Origin: Bugula neritina
Lineage: Eukaryota > Animalia > Bryozoa
NCBI GenBank assembly: GCA_964035545.1
Contig: OZ037768.1
Coordinates: forward strand, 21,125,700-21,189,699
Direction: 5' to 3'
Length of the DNA: 64,000 nt
Shown here: positions 12,409-25,493 of the stretch, piece after piece
Layout: every line of letters begins with the position of its first letter
How positions within the stretch are numbered: the stretch's first letter is position 1
The notes under the pieces: generated by a model
Database searches by the model: none
What the model was told of the DNA's origin: nothing
Seen by the model: only the letters and a program-made list of their open reading frames with translations
Position numbers and translations under genes: made by a program

Positions 12409-14489
12409 TTTACACGTCAGCTGTTCGAGTTCTCCATAAACTTTTAGTAGTCAATTAAGTTGCTTAGCCTGGTTGGGCCCAGGCCGAGAAAGGCAATAGT
12501 AAATAAGTTGAGTCTAACCTTTTGCCATTAATTTCAAATCACAAACTTACTTTAGGTGTTTATACATAAAAATATTCAAGCATTTAATGAGCCACGGTTG
12601 TAAAAATATTAAACTTCTTTTGCTGAGGCAGAACATTTTATTTATTAAGTTTCCTGTGTAACAGGTTAGCTACTTGACTAATACTACATATCTTACAGTT
12701 GCTAGCCTTTGCTAAGTCTAAACTAAATGGCTGTTTTTTCTTCAATATAGGAAAGAAAAATGTAAGTAGCTCCAAAAAAGTTAGGCAATCTAAAGACACC
12801 CATCATTAATTTCAATTCAGTAGTTCAGTAGTTCTTGGCCTAATGTATTGGGATAGGAGGTTGTTAAAAGATTTTATTTTGTAAATTCTTACTTTGCCTG
12901 TCACTTAGTAAGGATAAGAGCAAATCCACTGTTAAGCTATTATACTAATTACCAAATAGCCACAATGTCCACATCCATGTCTACTTTTTAGTTGAATTGT
13001 TTAGAGGTATTACAGCTGCAAATATTTAGCCATTCTACAGTTATCTAGTGTATTTGCTCCAACTGTGTTTACATGAGACATACTCAGGGTTTCCCCCAGC
13101 TTCTATTAATTGCATGCAACAAAATATTTCCAGCAAAATACATATTATTTATAAAAAGTACAATTTTCATTTTTTAACACTTCTAAATATAGCTGTTCAG
13201 TAGGCAGTCTAAGTAGAATATATTGTTTGGCGTCTATATGGAGGGGGTTGTCTATTTGGAATTAAACTGAATTGTTACTCTTATAGAGACGGATGACCAG
13301 TGTAACACTGGTGCTACATGCCTTTTTCAAACTTTAAAACTAGTTGCTGAATTGGTTTCCCTGTTTTGAAAATTTTTCAAGTAAAATAATGCAGCTAGAA
13401 AAAGTATTGTTCGCGCAATGGGTGAATAACAAAATCTAGACTTCTTGCTAGTCATATAATTTGACTACCAACAAAAAGAGTAAGACATGTATAAATAGTT
13501 TTCAATAATATGTGTTAATAACTTTGAATTCATCATCTCTACTGATTCCCATTAGATTTATTGTGAATGAAACTTGGTGTAGGGCCTATCTTATATTCTA
13601 CAGGGTCTAATATTTAGTAGCAAGGGTAAGCTGCAAGCATTTCTTAATATTTCCTATTATAAAAGTCCGTGTTGTAGTGACAGCAGACAAGATCTCAGCT
13701 ATTATGCCCTCAGTCAGTTAAAAAGGTCTCTCATAGAGACTATAAACTCTGCGTGTACTGAGATAACACAAAACCAAGAAAAATAGAACAGCTAGCTTGA
13801 AATTTTTTCTTTATTGTACAGTATTTGAGGGTAAACTCCTTCAAACGAATTTATAAATATGAGAGTGCTTTTGAAGTTGCAGCCAAATAGGCTAATTATA
13901 GGATTTCTGTATAAGGTTCAAACTAAGGTACCCCTCTTAGCAGCTATTTTTAGTAAATTAAAAACTTCTAAGCTTACTTAAGTTTCCTGATTAAAATGAT
14001 TATGAAGATGCAAAGAAACTAGGCCCAAAACTACAAGGGGGTCTATTATCTTTTGCATAATTGTAGGGATGTGGTCTCCCTCTATAGACCTTAGTAAAAG
14101 TAATTGCAGGAACAGATAATTTTCTCTGTTACTAGCAGTATATGTATACGAGAAATTTTGTCAAAGCTGCTATTCTGACACTGGAAAGTTACATTTCAGC
14201 TAAGTAAAGGTTGCTGGGAAACCATATAGTACTTTTAAACACTATAACTAAATTGTTAGAAAAAATGCTTGTTTCTACCAGAAGCAAAAATAAAAATTTG
14301 AGCAGCAAATTGGAGACAGCAAAAGGTATGTATCTTCTTAGGTTGATAATTTTTTTAATTTGAAAACGTGCTGCATATAACAAAAAAACTTCTAAAGCTG
14401 AAAGTCATAATTGCAGAGAAAGACATCAAATTAAAAATATGCAAATTAATAAACCTACTATGATACACATCAGACGCTGTGGACTGTGC

Positions 14490-17400
14490 TTGCTGATATA
14501 GGGCACACATAGTATACATCAACTCATATGGGGCAGATATAGTATACACAGGCTTATGGGGATCGCATACATGCAGCATATATGAGCTCATAAGGGGCAC
14601 ATATAACATATCTAGGCTCATAGCAGCACATAAATAGTATATGAGCTCAAAGATGGCACATAAAATATATACAAGTTCATAGGGGGCAGATATAGAATAT
14701 ATAAGCTCATAGGGGGCAGATATAATATATATATATAAGTTCATAGGAGGCAGATATAATATATATAAGTTCATAGGGGGCAGATATAGAATATATAGGC
14801 TCATAGGGGGCAGATATGGAATATATAGGCTCACAGGGGGCAGATATAGAATATATGAGCTCATAGGGGGCAGATATGGAATATATAGGCTCATAGGGGG
14901 CACATAAAATATATATAAGTTCACAGGGGGCAGATATAATATATATAAGTTCATAGGGGGCAGATATAGAATATATAGGCTCATAGGGGGCAGATATAAA
15001 ATATATAGGCTTATAGGGGGCAGATATAGAATGTATAGGCTTATAGGGGGCAGATTAGAATATATATAGGCTTATAGGGGGCAGATATAGAATATATAGG
15101 CTCATAGGGGGCAGATATAATATATTATATAAGCTCATAGGGGGCAGATATAATATATATATAGGTTCATAGGGGGCAGATATAGAATATATAGGTTCAT
15201 AGGGGGCACATAAAATATATATAAGTTCACAGGGGGCAGATATAATATATATAAGTTCATAGGGGGCAGATATAGAATATATAGGCTCATAGGGGGCAGA
15301 TATAATATATAAGCTCACAACAACTCAAATATAATTTTTTAACGGAGATGCAGGCCAGATTTCTATACAAGTTCTACCTCAAGCCCTGGCACAGTTATAG
15401 CAACTGAAATGATATTATCTTCACAGTAAATAAGTGTTTCCAACAGTGAAAGAGGGCACATATCTAGGTTCATAGCGGGCAGATATGGAGTATATAGGCT
15501 CATAGGGGCAGATATAATATATATATATATTCAAGTTCATAGGGGGCAGATATAATATATATATATAGGTTCATAGGGGGCAGATATAGAATATATATGC
15601 CCATAGGGGGCAGATATAATATATATATATATAAGTTCATAGGGGGCAGATATAATATATATATAAGTTCATAGGGGGCAGATATAATATATATATATAA
15701 GTTCATAGGGGGCAGATATAATATATATATAGGTTCATAGGGGGCAGATATAGAATATATAGGCTCATAGGGGGCAGATATAATATATATAAGTTCATAG
15801 GGGGCAGATATAATATATAAGTTGATAGGGGGCAGATATAGAATATATAGGTTCATAGGGGGCACATAAAATATATATAAGTTCACAGGGGGCAGATATA
15901 ATATATAAGTTGATAGGGGGCAGATATAGAATATATAGGTTCATGGGGGCACATAAAATATATATAAGTTCATAGGGGGCAGATATAATATATATAAGTT
16001 CATAGGGGGCAGATATAGAATATATAGGCTCATAGGGGGCAGATATAATATATATAGGCTCATAGGGGGCAGATAATAAATATATAGGCTCATAGGGGGC
16101 AAATATAGAATATATAAGTTCATAGGGGGCAGATATAGAATATATAAGCTCATAGGGGGCAGATATAGAATATATAGGCTCAAAGGGGGCAGATGTAGAA
16201 TATATAGGCTCATAGGGGGCAGATATAATATATATATAAGTTCATACGGGCAGATATAGAGTATATAGGCTCATAGGGGGCAGATATAGAATATATAAGC
16301 TCATAGGGGGCAGATGTAGAATATATAGGCTTATAGGGGGCAGATATAGAATATATAAGCTCATAGGGGGCAGATATGGAATATATAGGCTCATAGGGGG
16401 CACATAAAATATATATAAGTTCACAGGGGGCAGATATAATATATATAAGTTCATAGGGGGCAGATATAGAATATATAGGCTCATAGGGGGCAGATATAAA
16501 ATATATAGGCTTATAGGGGGCAGATATAGAATGTATAGGCTTATAGGGGGCAGATTAGAATATATATAGGCTTATAGGGGGCAGATATAGAATATATAGG
16601 CTCATAGGGGGCAGATATAATATATTATATAAGCTCATAGGGGGCAGATATAATATATATATATAAGTTCATAGGGGGCAGATATAATATATATATAGGT
16701 TCATAGGGGGCAGATATAGAATATATAGGCTCATAGGGGGCAGATATAATATATATAAGTTCATAGGGGCAGATATAATATATAAGTTCATAGGGGGCAG
16801 ATATAGAATATATAGGTTCATAGGGGGCACATAAAATATATATAAGTTCACAGGGGGCAGATATAATATATATAAGTTCATAGGGGGCAGATATAGAATA
16901 TATAGGCTCATAGGGGGCAGATATAATATATAAGCTCACAACAACTCAAATATAATTTTTTAACGGAGATGCAGGCCAGATTTCTATACAAGTTCTACCT
17001 CAAGCCCTGGCACAGTTATAGCAACTGAAATGATATTATCATCACTGTAAATAAGTGTTTCCAACAGTGAAAGAGGGCACATATCTAGGTTCATAGCGGG
17101 CAGATATGGAGTATATAGGCTCATAGGGGCAGATATAATATATATATATATTCAAGTTCATAGGGGGCAGATATAATATATATATAGGTTCATAGGGGGC
17201 AGATATAGAATATATATGCCCATAGGGGGCAGATATAATATATATATATATAAGTTCATAGGGGGCAGATATAATATATATATAAGTTCATAGGGGGCAG
17301 ATATAATATATATATATAAGTTCATAGGGGGCAGATATAATATATATATAGGTTCATAGGGGCCAGATATAGAATATATAGGCTCATAGGGGGCAGATAT

Positions 17401-19674
17401 AATATATATAAGTTCATAGGGGGCAGATATAATATATAAGTTGATAGGGGGCAGATATAGAATATATAGGTTCATAGGGGGCACATAAAATATATATAAG
17501 TTCACAGGGGGCAGATATAATATATAAGTTGATAGGGGGCAGATATAGAATATATAGGTTCATAGGGGGCACATAAAATATATATAAGTTCATAGGGGGC
17601 AGATATAATATATATAAGTTCATAGGGGGCAGATATAGAATATATAGGCTCATAGGGGGCAGATATAATATATATAGGCTCATAGGGGGCAGATAATAAA
17701 TATATAGGCTCATAGGGGGCAGATAAAGAATATATAAGTTCATAGGGGGCAGATATAGAATATATAAGCTCATACGGGCAGATATAGAGTATATAGGCTC
17801 ATAGGGGGCAGATATAGAATATATAAGCTCATAGGGGGCAGATATAGAATATATAAGCTCATAGGGGGCAGATATAGACTATAAGCTCATAGGGGGCAGA
17901 TATGGAATATATAGGCTCATAGGGGGCACATAAAATATATATAAGTTCACAGGGGGCAGATATAATATATATAAGTTCATAGGGGGCAGATATAGAATAT
18001 ATAGGCTCATAGGGGGCAGATATAAAATATATAGGCTTATAGGGGGCAGATATAGAATGTATAGGCTTATAGGGGGCAGATTAGAATATATATAGGCTTA
18101 TAGGGGGCAGATATAGAATATATAGGCTCATAGGGGGCAGATATAATATATTATATAAGCTCATAGGGGGCAGATATAATATATATATATAAGTTCATAG
18201 GGGGCAGATATAATATATATATAGGTTCATAGGGGGCAGATATAGAATATATAGGCTCATAGGGGGCAGATATAATATATATAAGTTCATAGGGGCAGAT
18301 ATAATATATAAGTTCATAGGGGGCAGATATAGAATATATAGGTTCATAGGGGGCACATAAAATATATATAAGTTCACAGGGGGCAGATATAATATATATA
18401 AGTTCATAGGGGGCAGATATAGAATATATAGGCTCATAGGGGGCAGATATAATATATAAGCTCACAACAACTCAAATATAATTTTTTAACGGAGATGCAG
18501 GCCAGATTTCTATACAAGTTCTACCTCAAGCCCTGGCACAGTTATAGCAACTGAAATGATATTATCATCACTGTAAATAAGTGTTTCCAACAGTGAAAGA
18601 GGGCACATATCTAGGTTCATAGCGGGCAGATATGGAGTATATAGGCTCATAGGGGCAGATATAATATATATATATATTCAAGTTCATAGGGGGCAGATAT
18701 AATATATATATAGGTTCATAGGGGGCAGATATAGAATATATATGCCCATAGGGGGCAGATATAATATATATATATATATATAAGTTCATAGGGGGCAGAT
18801 ATAATATATATATAAGTTCATAGGGGGCAGATATAATATATATATATAAGTTCATAGGGGGCAGATATAATATATATATAGGTTCATAGGGGGCAGATAT
18901 AGAATATATAGGCTCATAGGGGGCAGATATAATATATATAAGTTCATAGGGGGCAGATATAATATATAAGTTGATAGGGGGCAGATATAGAATATATAGG
19001 TTCATAGGGGGCACATAAAATATATATAAGTTCACAGGGGGCAGATATAATATATAAGTTGATAGGGGGCAGATATAGAATATATAGGTTCATAGGGGGC
19101 ACATAAAATATATATAAGTTCATAGGGGGCAGATATAATATATATAAGTTCATAGGGGGCAGATATAGAATATATAGGCTCATAGGGGGCAGATATAATA
19201 TATATAGGCTCATAGGGGGCAGATAATAAATATATAGGCTCATAGGGGGCAGATATAGAATATATAAGTTCATAGGGGGCAGATATAGAATATATAAGCT
19301 CATATGGGCAGATATAGAGTATATAGGCTCATAGGGGGCAGATATAGAATATATAAGCTCATAGGGGGCAGATATAGAATATATAAGCTCATAGGGGGCA
19401 GATATAGACTATAAGCTCATACGGGACAGATATAATATATATAAGTTCATAGGGGGCAGATATAGAATATATAGGCTCATAGGGGGCAGATATGGTATAT
19501 ATAGGCTCATAGGGGGCAGATATAATATATATAAGCTCACAACAACTCAAATATAATTTTTTTAACGGAGATGCAGGCCAGATTTCTATACAAGTTCTAC
19601 CTTAAGCCCTGGCACAATTATAGCAACTGAAATGATATTATTATCAATGTAATTAAGTGTTTCCAACAGTGAAA
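14490..19674. repeat. About 30-bp minisatellite (GCTCATAGGGGGCAGATATAGAATATATAG) with higher-order structure
   Basis: Roughly 150 units; about 140-bp spacer repeated at 15311, 16932, 18458 and 19533. Confidence 0.95.
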
Positions 19675-19959
19675 AAACGTTACATTAGTTTTTGGGAAGA
19701 CAACTCCCTAATTTGATATTTTATAATACCATAGGGGGCTTTTTGTATATATATACAGAGCCCCCTCTGGTATTGGAAAATATCAAATTGTCCTTCTGTG
19801 AGCCTATTTTTAAAATAGTGTCTATATACCATAACAGACTGTTCTGAGTAATTTAAAACACTCAAACATGGTGCCCCCTATGAGCAGCCCCCTATGGGCA
19901 TAGAGCCCCCTATGGATGTTTTACATACCAAATTGACCACCTATGAACCCAAATATGAA

Positions 19960-19999
<40 letters not shown>

Positions 20000-20000
20000 C

Positions 20001-20224
<224 letters not shown>

Positions 20225-20257
20225 ATCTGTGGCACTTTGCAGTTTTTTAAAGTATTC

Positions 20258-20374
20258 AAATGAAATGTTATACAAATTAGTAGAATCTTGACTTTGATAA
20301 TCTGTCTCCAACGATATATTGTTAGAGACAGATTATCAAAATCAAGATTATACTAATTTATATAACATTTCATT
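20258..20374. repeat. Imperfect palindrome (about 50-bp arms)
   Basis: aatgaaatgttata...ctgtctc / gagacag...tataacatttcatt. Confidence 0.85.
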
Positions 20375-23300
20375 GGTTTACTTGGTTTGAAAGTTGAGTT
20401 CAAAATCATGTTCTTGGAATAGTTGAATTGTGAGTGTACATGAGTAAGTTCAGTGTTGGCAAATCTCTCGTTATAGTTTCTTTTTTAATGTCAAATATAC
20501 CACCAGCATTCATTGTAAACAACTGAAACTAATTTCATTTTCTAAAATGAATACATCTAAACTTGTACCTACTCGTATAAACTAAGATAAAATCTGCACC
20601 AGATAAAATTACATATTATGCCCTTTCAAATCAGCATTCATAGCCACTATGTAAACAATAAAAAAAGCAATGAGAAGAAAGAGATCATGTAGATTATTAG
20701 ATATGTGCACACAAAGGACATGTTATGGACTAACAAAGAAAAAGACATTTTTGTGTATTTCAAATTGCTTAGGAACCAGGATTCACTTTAACACAATTAC
20801 CTAGTCGGAATTTGTGTTGAGCTCCCTATTCTAAAATGTTTCCTTAAGATCTATTGAGTGCCAAAGGATAAAAATTTCACTCATTGTTGCATCTCGAATT
20901 GCATTGCTATGCATGCTCACTATATTGTCGCAAAATGTTTATGTGTGAATTATATGCGCATAGGTGTATATGCGTATGTGTGTATGTACATGTGTGTTTC
21001 TCGTGTGTTACTTATAGTGTTAGCTATTAACTAATAGAAGTTGACCAATTTGAATTTAAAAACAGTTTATATTCGCCAGGTGAGAAAACTTTAATAGAAA
21101 AGTTCTTTGTTAAATCGGGCTAAGGACTAATTATTCCTTATATGGGGTACAGGAGCAAGTATGACTGGATGCTTTTCTTAACATCACCAAAGGCCTTTGT
21201 TGAGTTGAAACTCACCGCTTAGTGTTTACTAAGCAAATCCTCTAACCCCTAGCTGATTCATGCAGTTGTTGTGAGTTTGAAGATATTTGGTTTGAAACTT
21301 GAGTTCAACATCATGTTGTTCCAATAAGTGAACTGCCAGTCCACATATGCACGTAATGATATACAAGTTCCAAGTTAGTCAGTGTTTTACTAGTTCCTTT
21401 TTGATTGTCAACTTTATCAGCATTCATGGTAAACTCAAGAGTTTGCAATGAATGCTGGTGAAGTTGAGCGGGTGAAATACTGGCTAACATGGAACTTATA
21501 CAACATGTACAAAATGAATTTCTATAAACTAGTTTACAATAAGATAAATTGTGTACCAGCTAAAATGTTAAGATGCTTCTTTATCAACATTGTAATTTCT
21601 CAAATACATAAATATATAAGCAACAAAGGAAGGTATGAAGTTATGGTCCAACAGCTGGTGGAGTCAACTTCACTAAAAACTGATGAAAATGCAGTTGTCT
21701 GAATTCAATTGATTGGAGCATAGACAATTATTACCTGAAAAATCGCTTTCAGTATTTGTTATACTCAGGAACTCATACAGAGACAGGTCCTGCAAAGCCT
21801 GTTTTGAGCCGTGACGTGCACATACCTGATGAACTAGAGTAGAGACGGGTTTCAATGTGGCACTCTTTGAAGAGGGAGACGTAAAGGTTTACACAATATA
21901 GACACTATAGAAATATAAATAACACTTGAGTCGTTTTTTGATTTATCAATAGATTAACAGTAATTAGGCTACCAGTTGAATGTTGAGGTGTGCAGTGATA
22001 ACTATATAAAAGTTCTGTAGCATTGTAAAGTTTGTTATAGCAAAACATTAGCACTCATCATGTCTTATAGAATGAATGAAACTATATAACTTATTGTTGG
22101 AAGTTATTGATTTGCTTGTAAATAGCAGCAAAGCCAAGAAAGGTTTTGGAAATTGGATTTACAAAAATATATAATGTATACTTGTAGGTTGTAACATAGA
22201 AAATTATCATTGAGATTTTGTAAGCTGTAAGTAAATAATGTATTTACAATATCATGAATACTGTTGGATATTAAAATCATAAGAGCTTATAGCAGCACAA
22301 GTAAAAAATTTATTGAGAACAAAAGATAAATTTATAGTTAACGTTTATAAAAAATAATAAATTTGACATATTGTTTTTGCTGCAGAAATTTTGCGACTCT
22401 CCACTGTTTGAAATTAAAGGTGCCAATATAAAAATAACAACAGATCATTCCAGTTGTATGTTTAGTAGGTCAACACATGGACTGCAGGAAACATCAGTGT
22501 TACTAATAGTATAGTGCAAATCTGATTAGTCAGGTTTGAGTTAACAATTAATGGTTCTGCTTCAGGGATTAACAGTTTTTATTCTGCATTTTTGAAAAAA
22601 ATTTCCTGGTTGACAATTTGTTTTCATGCCTTTAGAAAAAATATAATTCATTTTATATATGTGTGGTATAATCTAAACCAGCTTTAATCTCACCTTCAGG
22701 CTTGTTTGTATCATAATCTAGGTCAACTGTTAACATTTAATTAGTTGCGTAGTATATACTCATTATATATATTTTATTTATAATATTGCACAGCTTAATG
22801 TGCTGCATGGCTAGTCTTTGCACTTACGTACTTTAACCTATTTACTGTACTCTATTTAGTGCAAGCTATTTAAAGGAACAGTTATTTAAAGCTTTGATTA
22901 GTGCATTTACAAATTTATGCATAATTATAACCAGGCCATCAAATTTCTGTCTTAATATGTTAATTCATTTTTAGAGCACACAATATTTACAAACTACAAC
23001 GGGTGGATTTAAAGACCAGGGATTCCCACTATAATATCAAATCTATGTGATATCGCTTATACTATAGAATACAAACTGCACTGTATTTAGTAATTTGTAG
23101 TAACCATCAGATGGCTAAATACTTCCCAAAATATAAATATAATATTTAGCATCAATTACTGACCTTTTAAAATAATAGTGAGATTTAGAGGGAGATAACC
23201 TGGCTACACTCCTATCATACTAACCAAACTGGCATATACATGTATAGATAGACTCTGTTAGTAAACAATGGGCTCCTTTATCATAGTAGTATAGGTAGTC

Positions 23301-23619
23301 CTACCACTTTGACTGAGTGACTGTGCTTATCACCAGCTCGAACCTCAACCTGACTGTGGCAAGCAACTGTGAGTAGATATATCTCATATATCCTTTAATT
23401 TGATTAAACAGATCTAAACTATACAGTTTTCTCTGTCAGCTATATTTCTATCACCGAATCAGTTAGTTGTTAAATCATAAATCATTTACAACTCCTTCAG
23501 TTTGCAGACAACTTTTATTTTGTTTCCCAATTCTATTTAAACCTCCTACGATTTCTGCTAGAGGTTGATGTATCTGAAAGAAATACTGTGTAATAAACTA
23601 TCTTATTGTAAGCTATATG

Positions 23620-23835
23620 TTTAGTGTTAGTGCAGTGTAAGTGCAGTGTAAGTGTGGTGAAAGTGTAGTGTAAGTATAGTGTAAGTGTAATGCAAGTGTA
23701 ATGTAAGTATAGTGTAAGTGTAGTGTAACTGTAGTGTAAGTGTAGTGTAAGTGTAGTGCACATGCAGTGTAAGTGTAGTGTAAGTGTAGTGTAAGTGTAG
23801 TGTGTGTGTAGTGTAGCTGTAGTGTGGGTAAGTGT
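23620..23835. repeat. Second copy of the 11-bp minisatellite, within a duplicated segment
   Basis: Same unit; downstream flank 23860-24265 is homologous to 630-1015. Confidence 0.9.
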
Positions 23836-24782
23836 ATTTACGATTGAATACCCTACGGCCTACATGACAGATCATGCACGCTTATAACTCTACTAAGACC
23901 TGATCCTTCAGCCAATCACAAACTATGTTATGTTAAACCAGCCTTCTGATCAATGAGCTATGTTATTGGGTGCAAAGGTAGAAATATTTGCTCAACTTAG
24001 AATTATAATTGCTGAGTTGAAATTTTGATTAGAGAAGTATAATGTTCTGTTTTATTGTCAGATATATTTCTATTCTACACAATTCAGTACTATAACGAGT
24101 GTTCGATTTTAGAAAATAAGCTGCAGTTCTACACTAAACTTTGTTGTATTTCAGCTTCATTCTTGTAAAGAGTATCACAAAACCAAACTACAATAATGCA
24201 CTGAATCTAGGCTTATTTATTATGCATATATAAAATATAAACTTGAATTTTAGACCTTGTGTTATAGCAGTGGTTCCCAACCTGGGGGGAATTCCCCCAA
24301 GGGGGGAATTCGGACATTTCAGGGGAGAATTTGGATTTTGAAAAGTTCACGAAATTTGGTAATGGCTTTTTGAGCTCTTGCAAGTTACATGTATATGCAT
24401 ATCTATAAATCGTCATCTTAGTTCATCTATTTAACCCAACCATATTCTGCAATCTCAGTTTACTTCTACATGAATGCGTTTATTAATTACTCTACCTTAA
24501 CTGTTCTCTGTGCTATTTCAAATGGAGGTTAAAAACTTTGCAAAAACTCAACAGGCCAATTTTTAGCAGCCATGCAAGTTAATTTCTAAGATTTTTTACT
24601 ACATACATAGTAAATATATGCGCTACACTAAATAATCTGAACCTAAAAATGCAGGAGTGCAATCATCATACCATTGCTTTTCATTGCAGCAGCAATGTTT
24701 TTAAAGTTACACTAAAATCCCTATCAAAAACATGGTGCCTTTCCCCACACTCATTAAATTTTATAAGAGAAACACCTGTTTC

Positions 24783-24975
24783 GATTCTAGGTATAAATGA
24801 CAAAGGTAAAATATCACACACTGGTGTTAAATCTTCCCAAACCCAAACCTCCAAACCCCCCGTTCTGAATGCCTAACCCCCAACTCAAATCTTCAATGCT
24901 AAAGTTGAAAATGTGCGATTTTTACCTAATTTTCAATTTGTGCCATTATTACCTGTGCCATTTTTACCGGACACC
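24783..24975. mobile_element. Small MITE nested in the hAT relic (Mutator-like by TSD length)
   Basis: 9-bp flanking duplication acctgtttc / acctgttcc; GGTAAAAATGGCAC-type subterminal motifs. Confidence 0.65.
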
Positions 24976-25221
24976 ACCTGTTCCAGATCATTTTTCAAAA
25001 ACACTTCTAGGCATCTCTGAACTTTTAATGAAGTTTTAACAGTGTTTCTCTGAGCTACCTTCCAAAAAGAAAGAGCTACATTCTCAACTTGACATATTTG
25101 ACCCATTGCAATGCTTTGTTGAAAAGTTTTTAGAGGAATTACATGAGGATTTCATTGAGTTGGTTCACAATTCAGCAATTAAGGATGATTTGAAATCTTC
25201 TCCAATTGATGTATTGTGGGT

Positions 25222-25493
25222 GGTGTCCAGCATAAATGGTACAGGTAGTAATGGCACAAAATATGGAAAAGTAGGTAAAAATGGCACATGTTTTTTATGA
25301 TTGGGTGGGCCGGTTTGAGAGAGGGGTTTGAGATGAGAATTTTGGGTTTACACCTGAGGTTCTGGAGTTTGGGGGTGGGGGTTTGATTTAGGGGGTGGGG
25401 GTTTGGGTTCAAGGGTTGGGGGTTTGGAATTTGAGTTTGGAAAAATTTAACATCAGTGTGCCATGTTTACATGCGCCATTTTAACCTAAAGTC
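25222..25493. mobile_element. Second copy of the same MITE family, opposite orientation
   Basis: Termini ggtgtcc... / ...cctaaagtc mirror 24783-24975; interrupts the transposase relic; no clear TSD. Confidence 0.6.

Larger units (their letters stand above)
6421..19961. mobile_element. Putative 13.5-kb DNA element inserted in a (TA)n tract; family unresolved
   Basis: (TA)n on both sides (6345-6420, 19962-20222); CATAGGGGGCTGCTCATAGGGGGC at 6437-6460 is inverted at 19873-19896; matching palindromes at about 6470-6535 and 19710-19790; decayed internal ORFs. Confidence 0.65.

Noticed and set aside
14355-19303. Many minus-strand ORFs (LYILYLPPM...) and a CRISPR-like repeat/spacer appearance
   Set aside because: They are translations of a minisatellite; the spacers are near-identical to each other, there are no cas genes, and the context is eukaryotic.
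20375-21470. Two similar segments (about 20375-20520 and 21285-21430) that might be minus-strand exons
   Set aside because: Stops in all frames examined and no identifiable motif.
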